This document shows positions 11,917 to 24,659 of a stretch of DNA of 64,000 bases, piece after piece (the stretch's first letter is position 1; each line of letters starts with the position of its first letter). The stretch spans positions 73,594,001-73,658,000 of the forward strand of contig CM059430.1 of assembly GCA_030390025.1 (NCBI GenBank), written 5' to 3'. This stretch comes from Squalus acanthias. Its lineage: Eukaryota. The translations under genes were made by a program, and so were the position numbers. Below the pieces are notes generated by a model that saw only the letters and a list, made by a program, of their open reading frames with translations, was not told the origin of the DNA and searched no databases.

Positions 11917-12630
11917 AGGGACAAGGGTGAGAGAGAGGGAGTGATAAGGGGAGCGGGCATGGCGGCTCACAGCGTGCGAGAGAAGAAGTGCGGGAAGATA
12001 TATCAAGAGGGCAAGTGGACGTAGTAGCTTTCTGATAAATTACAATTTTAATTTTATCTAAGCACGTTCTTCTGGAACATTTGTGTACACTGTTGCGTGT
12101 TAAGGCTGCACATTGTCCATTTAGGCGTCGCAATATGTGAAACCCATATGTTACGTGGTTCAGAGGTAAATCAGCTCAATGTTAGTCTGAAATACACCAT
12201 GAGCAGATAATTAACTGCTAGTGTATCATGAAACAACGTAGAAGTGTTTTAATTTGCACATGATTTAATCTGAGAATAAACACTTCAAATGGTTGACCTG
12301 CTGGTAAACAGCAAAACTTCAGGCAATTTGAGCAGCTCTTTGCATGCGGCCTTTACAAGACGCCTTAGATCATCACTATTCATTTTAGAAATAGATGTAT
12401 ATGTGACACACTGTTCATTGATGGGGTATTCAACATCAGATATCTTCACAGTGCATTAATCAAACTGGTTAGAGGGGGATATTCTCTTTTTTTCCCTCAC
12501 AATTCACCGGAAACACATTTGATAACAAGAAAAAAGATAGTCAGTAAAATTAATGTAGATTTTAAGTAAACACATTCAAATGACGCTCTGAACTCTTGCG
12601 AGATATGTAGACACGCATAATGAGAATAAT

Positions 12631-13369
12631 GGCCCAGAAATTGATCCCGCGACGCGAGAGTACGCACAGCGTACTCTCGCGTATTCCCACTCCAATTGCC
12701 GGTTTTCTGCATGCCCTGCGCATGCGCTGAAAACCGGCAATTGCTCTTTTGAAAAGGGGGCGGTTCCTCGGTGCATCGCGTGCGCGCTACAGGCTGCGCG
12801 CACGCTGTGCACTTCATGCTTTGGACGCGCAGGTAAGTACTGAAGATTTTAGAAATGTAAAAAGGAGTAAGACCCACTTTTAAGAAGGTAAGTAGTGAAC
12901 TAAGTATTTTTTTGAATTTTTTTTAACAGGTATATCTGTTTTAGAGACTTTAAAGACAGGTAAGTTTATTTTTATAACTTTTTAAAAGATTTTAAATTTT
13001 TTCAAGAATTCAATTTTTTATTTAAAATGGTTAATTTAATTAACTATACTTATTGTATTAATGTGATGGTTTTTTTTTAAATTTAATTGAGGTTTAGCTG
13101 TTATTTTGGGGGGTGTAAGATTCATAGATTACACAGCACGTATGTGAAACTTATGAATGGAAGATGGTGTGCTGCCATTGGCTCTAACTGAGTCACGTGA
13201 TCCCACAGCTCGCACGAATTCACTACGCCGCTGGGATACGCAAGCACTGCCCAGCTGATGTCTGGAACATCAAGTTCGTGCGAGCTGGATCTGAAAAAGC
13301 ACAAGCGAGGTGAGAGACTTCGGGGAAGCCTTACCCCCGCGGGAACAGAGCGAGATCAATTTCTGGGCC
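12631..13369. mobile_element. Harbinger-type MITE, copy 1
   Basis: TIR GGCCCAGAAATTGATCCCGC / GCGAGATCAATTTCTGGGCC; TSD AAT (12628-12630, 13370-13372); near-identical to 44077-44785. Confidence 0.9.
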
Positions 13370-13829
13370 AATATTGCAGACTGCTAACAGAATTTCAACC
13401 TTTCTTTCCCTTTATTTTTTGCTTGCCATTTTCTGAGCTCCTTATCAATTCTCCAAATGAGCTTTAATTCCACGGATACGAGAGGATTCTTGCTGCTGCC
13501 TTGAAAATTGTTTCTAATTTTAGACGGGGAGGACAGAGCTTGTTGTTAAACAATCCAAACCGGTCTGGGTATGGAATGAACAGCCAAGACTAATTATATA
13601 TGCAAGAGGTGATTTCCGCGGAGTAGCTCGCTCTTCCGTCTAACTTCGAGAAACAAAGCCCACATTTCCCTATGTGCCCTTTCTCTAGGAATCCCGTTCA
13701 TCTTCTGTCGAACTGTAGGGAAGCAGAGGGATTTGGGGCGGGGGGCGGTGGCAGCTGTACAAATCGCAAAAAGATAGTGGACAGGTGCACCTGTAATCAA
13801 AATAGGTAACGGAATGCTGGCCTTCCCGA

Positions 13830-14500
13830 TTTCACTCCTGAATGACCTAGCTCTAATTTTATGATTTTTGTCCCCTTGTTCTGGATTCCTGTAACATAAC
13901 AACTAGTTTCTCTCTATGCACCCTATCGAATCGCTTCATAATGTCATACACCTCAACTAGATCAGCCTTCAAACGTCTGATCTCAACGGAATACAAGCCA
14001 AGTTTATGCAATCTGCCGTCATAATTTAGCACATAAAGCTATTATTTTGAAACTACGCTGTGCACCCTCCAAGTTCAATAATTCCTTCCTGAGGTGCCGT
14101 GCCAAAAACCGAATGCAGTGCACCAACTGGGATCAGACCAAGGTTCTGTACAATTGCAGCGTAACATCCTCCCCTTTGCATGCCACCCCCTTGAGATAAA
14201 AGCGAACATTCCATTAGCGTTTTTTGTGCACACTTTGATCCCGTCCATTAGCTTTTAGTGATTTGTGTACGTGGATATCTAAATCCATTTGCACCTCCAC
14301 AGGTCCTAGTCTCTCGCAATTACTAAAATATTCCGATTCATCCTTCCTGGATTCATAGTGAAATACCTCACTCGTCTCCACATTTGAAGTCCATCTGGCA
14401 TAGATCTGCCCACTCACTTTATCTGTTCAAGTCCTATTGTTACTTCATGCTCCCATCTATACAATGGACTGTGCCTACCAAGTTAACGTCACCTGAAAAT
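13830..14500 (-). mobile_element. Old CR1 ORF2 3' fragment
   Basis: ORFs 14214-14417 and 13594-13902 resemble the CR1 C-terminal region (VEVQMDLDIHVHKSLK; HKIRARSFRSE). Confidence 0.7.
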
Positions 14501-14734
14501 TTAGGTATGCAAAATCATCAGCAAAAGAATACTGCCAATTGCAGCTTGTTTTCTCGTAGACAGCGTCCCAAAGCTCTCAACAAGCTGATCAAAAATGGAT
14601 GCCCAGAGTAGTAAATGCAACACAGAGGGCAAAGGAGATAAGGACCAAATCTTAAAATGCTTGAGACATTCGGCAGGTTATGGTCTATCTGTGGGTACAA
14701 CAGACCGGCCAACGATTCAGATATGACGCTTCGG

Positions 14735-14865
14735 CTACTAATGAAAAAAAGTCCACACTTGACACATTGGAATGTCTGTTCTCTTCAAAGATACTACCTA
14801 AGCTGCTGCGTGTTTACGACATTTTCTGTTTTTGTTTAGGTTTTCCAGAGTCTGTAGTATTTTTC
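14735..14865 (+). mobile_element. Highly decayed Penelope-like terminal repeat
   Basis: Resembles 56394-56500 (…ctgctgcgtgtttacgacattttctgtttttgtttag); the ribozyme core is degenerate. Confidence 0.4.
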
Positions 14866-16019
14866 CTCGATTGGGATGGGATCCAAGACAGCTTTCGAAA
14901 ATCGGGAAACGTTTAGATTGGAATGTGCGGTTTACGCAAAAGTAGTTAAATATACCGCAAAATATCTCAATTTTTTCCTGAAGAATATTAAGTGAGAACT
15001 TACACAGGAAGCTTAAATTTCAACTGCACAGGGATGGAATTTTCTGCAAAGTTAAAGTGGATCGAGACCGTGGAAGAATCTATAACGTCTGTTTATAACA
15101 TTGTCGACTCTGCAGGAGCAAAGCTCATGTATGGGAATGATATGCGAATGTAACTTAATGTGGAATAAGATGCAAATGGCTAACCCTTTGGCGATTTTAA
15201 GATGAAGAAATTTGGAGCTCAGGGCATTCAGGAGCATTCAAGAAGTCGAGAGAGGAAGTGACATATACGTGGATAAGGGTTTACGAAATGGTTACCATGC
15301 AGGTCTTTAACGCTGTGGCTAAGAAAATCGGCAGTCCCTGGAATTGTATTAAATAAGAGGTGCAGCTCATGCATCAGCGAAAATGCTCACTCCTGAATCA
15401 TTTCGAATGAGTAGCCAGGTAATAGGATGGAATTGGAGCTCAGGCATGGATTTTTGGTTTGGAGACCATTCTGTAGAGGCCAACGTACTGACAGACCCCG
15501 TATTGTAATCTGCCAAATACACCTCACAGTGACTTATATTATGCGAAATACCTCTTAAGATTCTTAAACGTTCTTGAACTTCTAAACGCATTCATCGAAT
15601 TCAAATAAATATTTTTGTTTTGACACATATATTTTTCATTTTCAAAATCTGTAAAGGTAAAATTGTCAAAACCCCAATGGAAAGAGTTGTGGTGTTTGAC
15701 CTAAAATCAATTCCAGATTATTGTGTTTTTACGTTCGCTAGATTGAGTCGGCTGTGCTGCACCACAGGTTTTTGTTCACACATCCTTTGTGGTTTATATA
15801 CTTTGTTTGAAGCGTCAAACAGTCACTGTTTGCTGAATGTTGCATTTTATGTGTAAATGCTGAACTAAAGGTTGCTCCTTTTCATTAATGTTCATATATA
15901 TTATATATTAAATATAATAGAAATTCAGAGCTCTGCCACAATATTAAGCAAGGTTCGGCGGAAAACATGGAGATAGGTCTGCATAGAGCGGGATTAAACG
16001 GAGTTGACTTGAACAGAGT

Positions 16020-19000
16020 TTTTTATTTGGGAATTTAGAAAGAGTGGGAATTTGGAGAACTGGGGGAAGGAGTTGTTGTTTTTTGCCTACACAACTTGAG
16101 CTGCTTTGTGCTGCAGGTAGATATTTAACTTCAGTACGCTTAACTTAATCTAAATCAAATAAGTAATAAAGAAACTACACTGTAAACTAGGATGCATAAA
16201 TACAAATTTAATTACATTTAATTAAATAAAACAAGGTCATATAGTGATGGCAGTGCAGGTGGTGTGGCACAACTGCAACATTAGGGAGGTTGTTCGAGAG
16301 CAATGTGATCCCGGACAATCACGTTTGCATTAAGTGCCTGCATCTTGAGGAAATTCAACTCAGAGTTTTTGAGCTGAAGGCTGAGGTGCAGTCATTGCGG
16401 GGCATCAGGAATTCGGAGAATTACCTGGACAATTTGATCCAGCAGGCAGTCACACACTGGGTTAGGTAATGGTACATGTCTGATTAGTGGTCAGAGACAG
16501 AAGTGTGTGACTGCAACTCAGGCAGGTAAGTGGACCGCAGGTGAGTGCTGGAAGAGTCTCAGCTTGTCCAACAGCTATGAGGTTCTTGCCGTCACTATGA
16601 TTGAGGGAAAACTCAGCAGGATGGATCAGCAAGTTGACCATGGCACCATGGTGCAGGAGGCTATTCAAGTGGGGGAGTGAAAGGGAATGAAGTTGTGGTA
16701 GGGGTCAGTATAGTCAGGGGGTTAGATACTGTTCTCTGCAGCCGTTATCCAGATTTCTGCATGTGTTGGCTGAACGATGCCAGGGTTAAAGATATCTCCT
16801 TGCGGCTTGAGAAGGACTTTGATTGGGAGGGGGAATATCTAGTTGTCGAGGTCCACGAAGGAACCAACGACATAGGTAGAACGAGGAATGACGTTCTGCT
16901 GATGTGTTTTGCGGAGCAAGGACCAAAATTAAAAAGCAGAACCTCACAGGTAATCATCTCTGAATTGTTATCTGAGCCACGCACAAATCGGCATAGGGAC
17001 AAACAGATTAGAGGTTTAATGCGTGGCTCAAAGTGTTGTGTGGGAGGAAGCGGTTTCAGTTCATGGGGCATTGTCACCAGTACTCGGGAAAGAGGAAGCT
17101 GTTCCGTTGGGACGGGATCCATTTAAACCGGGCTGTAACCATGCCCTAGCGAACCGAATATCTAGTGCATTAGAAAGTGCATTAAACTAATGAATAGAGG
17201 TGGGGGAGGGAGTGGGAGGACTCAGGAAATAATAATTTAAAAGCAGCGAGAGAAATGCCAAAGCTCTAGAACAGAGTCGTGTTTTGTGTAAAAATAACCA
17301 GATTGCGTCAGGAAGGGACAGAGAGAGTAACAAAGATAAGAAGGCATCAGTGACTAAGGTGACATCAGGTAAAAAAGATAAGTCAAATCTAAAGGCACTA
17401 TATCTTAACACGATGCATTCGCAAATAAAGAGATGAAAAAATTGCGCGGATATACATCAACATTTTTCATCCAATAGCCATAATTGAGATGTGGTTGCAA
17501 ACTGTCCAACGTTGGGAAATACATATTCCAGGATACTTACCTTTTAGAAGGGTTAGGCAAAATGGAAAAGGAGGAGCGGTAGCCTTGATAATAAAGGATG
17601 GGATAAATGCAGTAGAGAGAAAGGATCTTATCTCCGAAAATCAAGAAGTAGAATCAGTTTAGGTGGAGCTAAGAAACATTGATGCGACTCGTTTATAGGC
17701 TCCCAAACAGTTGTTGTAATGTAGGGTGAAGTATAAATCAGAAAATTAGAGGTGCATGTCACAAGGGGAATACAACGGTCATGGGGGACCTTACTCTACA
17801 TATAGACTGGGCAAACCAAATTTGCAGTAATAGTGTGGAGGACGTACTCATGGAATGTATGGCAAAAGTTTTCTAGATCAGTATGTTGAGGAACCAACTT
17901 GGGAACAGGCTATTTTAGATGTAGTATTGTGCAATAAGAAAGGGTAAATTAATAACCTTGTAAACTTAGGTGAGAGTGACCATAAAATGATAGAATTTTA
18001 TACTGAGTTTGAAAGTGATTTATTTAAATCCGAAAATAGGCTTTAAAATCTAAATAAAGCAAACTATGTAGGTATGAGGGGCGAATTGGCTATGGTAAAT
18101 TGGAGAACTACATGAAAAGGTATGATGGTAGACCAACCAATGGCTAGCATTTAAAGAATTAACCCATCATTTACAACAAATATACCTTCCTTTAAGGCAC
18201 AAAATCCCCACAGGAAAAGTGATCCAACCGTGGCTAAAATGAGCAGTTAAAGACAGCATTACATCAAAGGAAGAGGCTTATAACGTTGCCAAAAAGAGTA
18301 GTAAGCCTGAGGATTGGTGGGATTTTATAATTCAACACAGGAGGACAAAGAAATTGATCAAGAAAGGGAAAATAGTATATGAGAGTAAACTACTGAAAGA
18401 CATAAAAACAGAGTGTAAAAGTTTCTATAGATATGTGAAAAGGTAAAGCTGATGTAAGTAAATGTGGGTCCCTTACAGGCTGAGAAAGGAGAAATTATAT
18501 TGGGGAATAAGGAAATGGCAGAGAAATTAAACAAATGACTTGTGTCCGTTTTCACGGAAGAAGATGCAAAAAACTTCCCGGAAATAGTGGAAAATCAAGG
18601 CTTCAGCGAGAAGGATGAACTGAAAGTAATTATAGATTTGTAAAAAAAATTGCACTGGAGAAAGTAATGGGACTGAAAGCCGATAAATCCCCTGGACCTG
18701 ATGGCCTGCATCCTAGGGTTTTGAAAGAGGTGGCTACAGATATAGTTAAGGCATTGGTTGTTATTTTCCAAAATACCACAGATTCTGGAACGGTTCCCAC
18801 GAATTGAAAGACAGCAAATGTAACCACACTATTTAAGAAAGGAGGGAGAGGGAAAACAGGAAACTACAGACCAGTTAACCTGACATAATTAGTAGGGAAG
18901 TTGCTAGAATTTATTATTAATGATGTGTTAACAGGGCACTTCGAAAAAATAATAGGTTTGGGCAGAATCAATACAGATTTACGAAAGGGAAATCATGTTT

Positions 19001-20260
19001 GACGAATCTGTTAGAGTTTTTTGAGTTTTAAACGACCAGAAAAGATAAGGGGGTACCAGTGGCTGGGGTGTATTTGGATTTTCAGAAGGTATTCGATAGG
19101 GTGCCACACAAGAGGTTATTAAACAAAATGAAGCCTCATGGGATTGGTGGTAATATACTAGCATGTATTGAGGATTGTTTAACGATTTGAAAACGTAGAG
19201 TAGAAATAAAATGTTCATTTCGGGTTGGCAGTCTGTAACTAGTGGGGCACCGGAAGGATCAGTTTTTGGGCCTCAGTTATTCAAAATCTTCGTCATTGAT
19301 TTGGATGAGAAAACCAAAGGTGATGTATCCAAGTTTGCTGATGATACAAAGCTGCGTGCGAATTTAAGTTGTGAGGAGGATGCAAGGAGGCTTCAAGGTG
19401 ATATAGACAAGTAAAGTGAATGTGCCGAAACATGGCAAATGGAATATAACGTGGAGAAATGTGAAGTTATCCACTTTGGTAGAAAAATGGAAAAACAGAG
19501 TATTTTGTAAATGATGAGAGAATGGGAAATTTTGGTGTTCAGAGGGATCTAGCTGTCCTTGTACACGAATCACTGAAAGTTAACATGCAGGTACATCAAG
19601 CAATTAGGAAAGCAAATGGTATGTTGGCCTATATTACAAGATGTTTTGAGTATAAGAGTGAAGACGTCTGAATGCAATTATATAGCGCCCTGGTGAGACC
19701 ACAACTGGAGTATTGTGTACAGTTTTGGTCTCATTACCTAAGGAAGGATATACTTGCCATAGAGGTAGTGCAACGACGGTTCAGAAGTCTGATTCCTGTG
19801 ATGGGATATTGTTCTATGAGGAGGCATTGAGCAGACTAGGACTTTATTCTCTAGAGTTTAGAAGAATGAGAGGGATTCTCATTGAAACATACAACATTCT
19901 TACAGGGCCTGACAGGGTAGATGCAGGGTGGATGTTTCCCCTGGCTATGGAGTCCAGAACCAGGGGTCACAGTCCCAGAATAAGCTGCTGGCCATTTAAG
20001 ACTGAGATGAGGAGAAATTTCTTCACTCAGAGGGAGTTGAATCTTTGGAATTCTCTACCCCAGAGGGCTATGGAGGCTCAGTCCTTGAGAATATTCAAGA
20101 CAGAGATCGATAGATTTTTGAATATTAAGGGAATGAATAGATATGCGGATAGCGTATGAAAGTGGAGATGAGGTAGACGATCAGCCACGATCTTATTGAA
20201 TGAAGGGCTGGCTCGACGGGCCGAATTGCCCACTCCAGCTCTTTTTCTTATGTTCTTATG
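16020..20260 (+). mobile_element. Near full-length CR1 LINE (ORF1 with SGNH esterase-like domain; ORF2 APE-RT), inactivated
   Basis: ORF1: VVVGVSIVRG, VHEGTNDIG. ORF2: VSKFADDTKL, LGLYSLEFRRMRG; ttcttatgttcttatg tail; many stops and frameshifts. Confidence 0.93.
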
Positions 20261-20261
20261 T

Positions 20262-22100
20262 AAGAAGCCTTTGCGTGTTGCTGCAGTGCTTCTTGTAGAT
20301 GGTGCACACGGCAGCGTGCTGCGCTTTTGGTGGAGCGAATGAATGTTCAAGGTGGTGGATGGGCTACCATTCAAAACAGATGATTTGTCCCAGATGGCAG
20401 AGAGCTTCTTGAGTGTTGTTGGAAATGCACTACCAACAATTTGGGAGCTCCATGGAAAACAAACTTAAATGGGCAAAACACATAAATAGTGTGCTTACAA
20501 GAGCAGGTCAGGGGCTGAGTATTCTGCCGGCAGAAACTCACCTCCGCAATTTCCAAAGCCTTTCCACTATATGCATAGGATTACACAGGATGTATGGCAG
20601 AGAAAACAGGCCATTCGGCCCAAACATCCATGCTCCACTCGAGCCTACTCCCGTCTTTCCTCATTCAACTCTATCAGCGTAACCCTCTAATCGCTTCTCC
20701 TTCATATGCTTATCTAGTCTCCTCTTAAATGCATCTATAATATTTGCCTCAAGTACTCCCTTTGTGTTGCAAGTTCCACATTCTCACGGCCCTCTGTGTA
20801 ATGACGTTTCTTCTGAATTCCCTATTTGATCTCTTGGTGGCTATCTTATATTGATGGCCTCTAGTTATGCTCTTCCACATAAGTGGAAACACTCTTCCTG
20901 TATCTACTCTATCAAAACCTCAGATAAGTATCGTGTATTCCATCACACTTCTAACAAGTGCCTTGTATATCTCCTTTTCTCTGGAAAAGAGGGGGCTAAG
21001 GGTTGATCGGCCAGAAGTCTTTAAAATATTGAAAGGTTATGATAGATTAAATACGGGGAGATTGTTTCCACTTGTGTGGAAGAGCATAACTTGAGGCCAT
21101 CAAATTCAGATAGCCACCAAGATATCAGATAGGGAATTCAGAAGAAACCTCTTTATGCAGATTGTCGTGAGAATGAGGAACTCGCTACACAAAGGGAGTT
21201 CATGGAGTTTCATAAGGTCCATGAAGCTCCCAAGTTGTTGCTTGTGGGGGATTCGAACGTGGTAATGCCATTGAATGTCAAGGGGAGTTGTCTAGACTTT
21301 TTCTTGTTGGAGATGTTCATTATCTGGCACTTGTGTGTCGCGAATGTTACTTGCCAGTTATCACCCAAGCCTGAATGTGGTCCAGGTCTTGCTGTATGCG
21401 GACCCGGACTGCTTCATTATCTGAGTTGTGGAGAATGGAACTCCACACTGTGCAATCGTCAGCAAGCATGTCCACTCTTGACCTTATGTTTGCGGGTAAG
21501 TTATTGATAAAGCAGCTGAGGATGGGTGGGCCTTGGACACTGTCCTGAGCAACTCCAACAGCGATGTCCTCGGGATGAGATGTTTGGCCCCAAAAAATAA
21601 CAACGAGCTACCGCTCTGCTAGCTATGATTCCAACCAGTGGAGAGCTTTCCGTTAGTCCCATTGATTTCTATTTTACCCGGGCTCTTTGAAGCCACACTC
21701 GGTAAATAGTGTCTTGATGTCAAGGGTTGTCACTCTCAACTCAACTCTGCTATTCAACTCTTTTGTCCATGTTTGCTGCAAGGCTGCAATGAGGACTGGA
21801 GCTGAGTGGACGTGCCGGAACACAAACTGAGCAGTGGTAAGCAGCTCATTGATGAGTAAGTGCCGCTTGATAGTACTGTCTATGACACCTCCCATCACTT
21901 TGCTAATGATTGAGAGTAGGCTGATGGGGCTGCCATTGGTGGATTGGATTTGTCCTCCTTTTTGTGGAAAGTACATACCAAGTACTTTTTCAAGTTATTG
22001 TTTAGATGATTGTGTTGTTGCTATATGCAACAGCTTGGCTAGAGACATGGCTATTTATGGAGCACAAGTCTTCAGCACTACAGCCGAGATGTTTTCAGCG
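20262..22100. mobile_element. Jumble of short LINE-B and CR1 fragments in both orientations
   Basis: ORFs 20078-20374, 20413-20682 and 21674-21976 match LINE-B RT pieces; 20575-20920 is a CR1 3' end (-) and 20970-21200 a CR1 piece (+). Confidence 0.75.
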
Positions 22101-22169
22101 TTTGCTGATGTGTCTTTAACGAATAGCTATAAGCTATCTGTCTCTGGAACGGCCAAGCCTACGAGGCTC

Positions 22170-23440
22170 AATCTTTTTTTTTTTCGTTCCTGGAATGTAG
22201 GCATCGCTGGCATGGACAGCATTTATTGCCCAATCGTAATTGCCCTTGTGAAGGTGGTGCTTTGACGCCGCCTTATTCCGCTGCAGTCCGTGTGGTGATT
22301 TTACTGACATAGTGCTGTGAGGGAGTGAGCTCCTGTATTTTCACCCAGCGATGATGACGTAATAGCGATATATTTCAAAGTAATGATGGTGTGTGATTTG
22401 GAGAGAAACTTGCAGGTGATGGTGTTCCCATGCGCCCGCTGCCCTTATCCTTCCAGGTGCTTGAGGTCGAGGGCTTGGGAGCTCCTGCCGAAGAAGCCAT
22501 GTCGAGTTGCTGCAGTGCATCTGGTAGATGGAACACACTGCAGCCACGGTGCACCAGTTGTGCAGGGAGTGAATGTTTAAGGTGGTGGATATAGTGCCAT
22601 TCAAGCGGGATGCTTTGTCCTGGATGGTGTCGAGCTTCTTGAGTGTTGTTGGAGCTGCACTCATCCATACAAGTGGAGAGTATGCATCACACTCCTGACT
22701 TGTGCCTTGTAGATGGTGGAAAGGGTTTGGGGAGTCAGGAGGTGAGACAATCGCCGCAGAATACCCAGCCTTTGACCTGCTCTTGTAGCCACAGTATTTA
22801 GGTGGCTGGTACAGTAAAGTTTCTGGTCAATGATGACCCCCAGGATGTTGATTGTGGCGGTTTCGGTGATGGTAATGCCGTTGAATGTCAAGGGGCGGCG
22901 GCTGGACTCTCGCTTGTTGGAGATAGTCATTGCCTGGCACTTTTGTGGCGCGAATGTTACTTGCCACATATTAACCCAATCTTGAATGTCTTCCAGGTCT
23001 TGCTGCATTTGGGCATGGACTGCTTCATTGTCTGAGGAGTTCCGAATGGAACTGAACACTGTGCAATCATCAGCCCACAACCGCATTTCTGACTTTATGA
23101 TGGAGGGAAGAGCATTGATGAGGCAGCTGAAGATGTTTGGGCAAATGACACCGTCCAGAGGAACTCCTGCAGCGAAGACTTGGGCAGGGATGATTGACCT
23201 CCAACAATTATAACCATGTTCCTTTGTGCTAGGTATGACTTCATCCAGTAGATAATTTTTCCCTTGATCCTCATTGACTTCAGTTTTACTACGGCTCCTT
23301 GATGTCACACTCGGTCAAATGCTCCCTTGTTGTCAAGATCAGTCACTATCACCTCACCTCTGGAAATCAGCTCTTTTGTCCATGTTTTAACCAAGACTGC
23401 AATGAGGACTGGAGCCGAGTGGACCTGGCGGAACCATACG
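22170..23440 (-). mobile_element. LINE family B, RT and 3' end
   Basis: ORF 22661-23308 has LWADDCTVF, WQVTFAPQKCQ, TIYKAQVRSVM; ORF 22341-22664 has TLKKLDTIQDKA. Confidence 0.9.
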
Positions 23441-24099
23441 TCATTAAAGTTTGGAAAAATTTGTAAGCTAAGTGAACATATGGATAAGTAGTTGGATATT
23501 CAGGTGGCCAATCCTGCTAGTTGAGCAGCATCAGTGATAGGAAGACACGTTCGATGCCATCACTGAGTGTCTGGAAGGCTTTCTCAAGGATCGAAAGATA
23601 ATAAAAATAAAATGATGTCAGCTATGATTCTGGGTTTACCCTTCGCGCCACCGGAACTGCACTCTCAGAAACCGTAATTCAGGAAAATACCTGACGGAAA
23701 ACACAATCTAAAAATCAAAAACAGAAGGTTGAACGTTTAAAGAAACAGAATGTACAGAAACGCAAAGATAGTAGAAAACAAGCAGCCGAAGTGGTCTAAT
23801 CAGAAGCTCTACTTAAGGTCTCTGTAGATCGGACCGCCTTCAAAATGAAAAATTGGTGGTAAAGTTTCAGGGAACAGCGTTAGAGGAAGATAATGAAGAA
23901 TTGACATGAACATTTGATCAAGAATGTCAGATTTCTGAAGGAATCTGATCCCATCACCAATCCCGAGACAAAGTCTTCAGGAGGCCAACACCAGACGAAG
24001 AACCAAACTGGTACTATTATGTTTCACTGACCTACAAACCCGTCCGGTCTACGAACATCACAAATTCAAAATTATCACGCTTCTGTTCAAATTTATTCC

Positions 24100-24370
24100 T
24101 GTCTCTGTAAACGTCTCCAGCTCTGCAACCCTCCGAGAACTCTGTTAGACCAACACTGGAATAACCTGCCATAACCTCTCCGCCTGTCCACCTCACTCTA
24201 CTCCTTTGGAAACCATCTTTATAGCAAACATGTTTGACCTAGATTTCCGTCACCTCTCCACATCTCTCCTTTGCTTCAGTGTCGATTTATTTCCGAGTAC
24301 GATTCTGTGAAGCGACTTGGATCATTTTCCGACGTTAAAGGCGTTATATGATTGCAAGTTGTAGTTGTGC
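24100..24370 (+). mobile_element. L2 LINE (or L2-tailed SINE) 3' end
   Basis: ctgtgaagcg...ttaaaggcg...caagttgtagttg tail, similar to 26900-26990 and 54760-54835. Confidence 0.65.
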
Positions 24371-24659
24371 AGTTAGCTTTGCACTTGAATTGCCGGATAT
24401 ATGGACTTCTCATGAAAATATGTGTGGGAAGGTATGAGCAGATGATTGGAAGCTGCGTCTGGTGCAACTTGAGATGCTTGATTCATAAGCGATGTTTGAT
24501 TCCCATTGCAAAATATGTTTTCCCTATTTCGCTAAGGTAGCACAAATTCCAGTGTCAGAAACCATGGGATAAATTTTCCTGAAGTAACAGAAAAAGGCAC
24601 AAAAAAACAAAACAAACTAGTTCAGAATGTTGCTAGAAATGTTATTTTAGGAAGAGAAG

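Noticed and set aside
15525-15552. RSS-like CACAGTG-12 bp-CGAAATACC
   Set aside because: Nonamer matches only 6/9 and no V, D or J-like reading frame is adjacent; plausible by chance.
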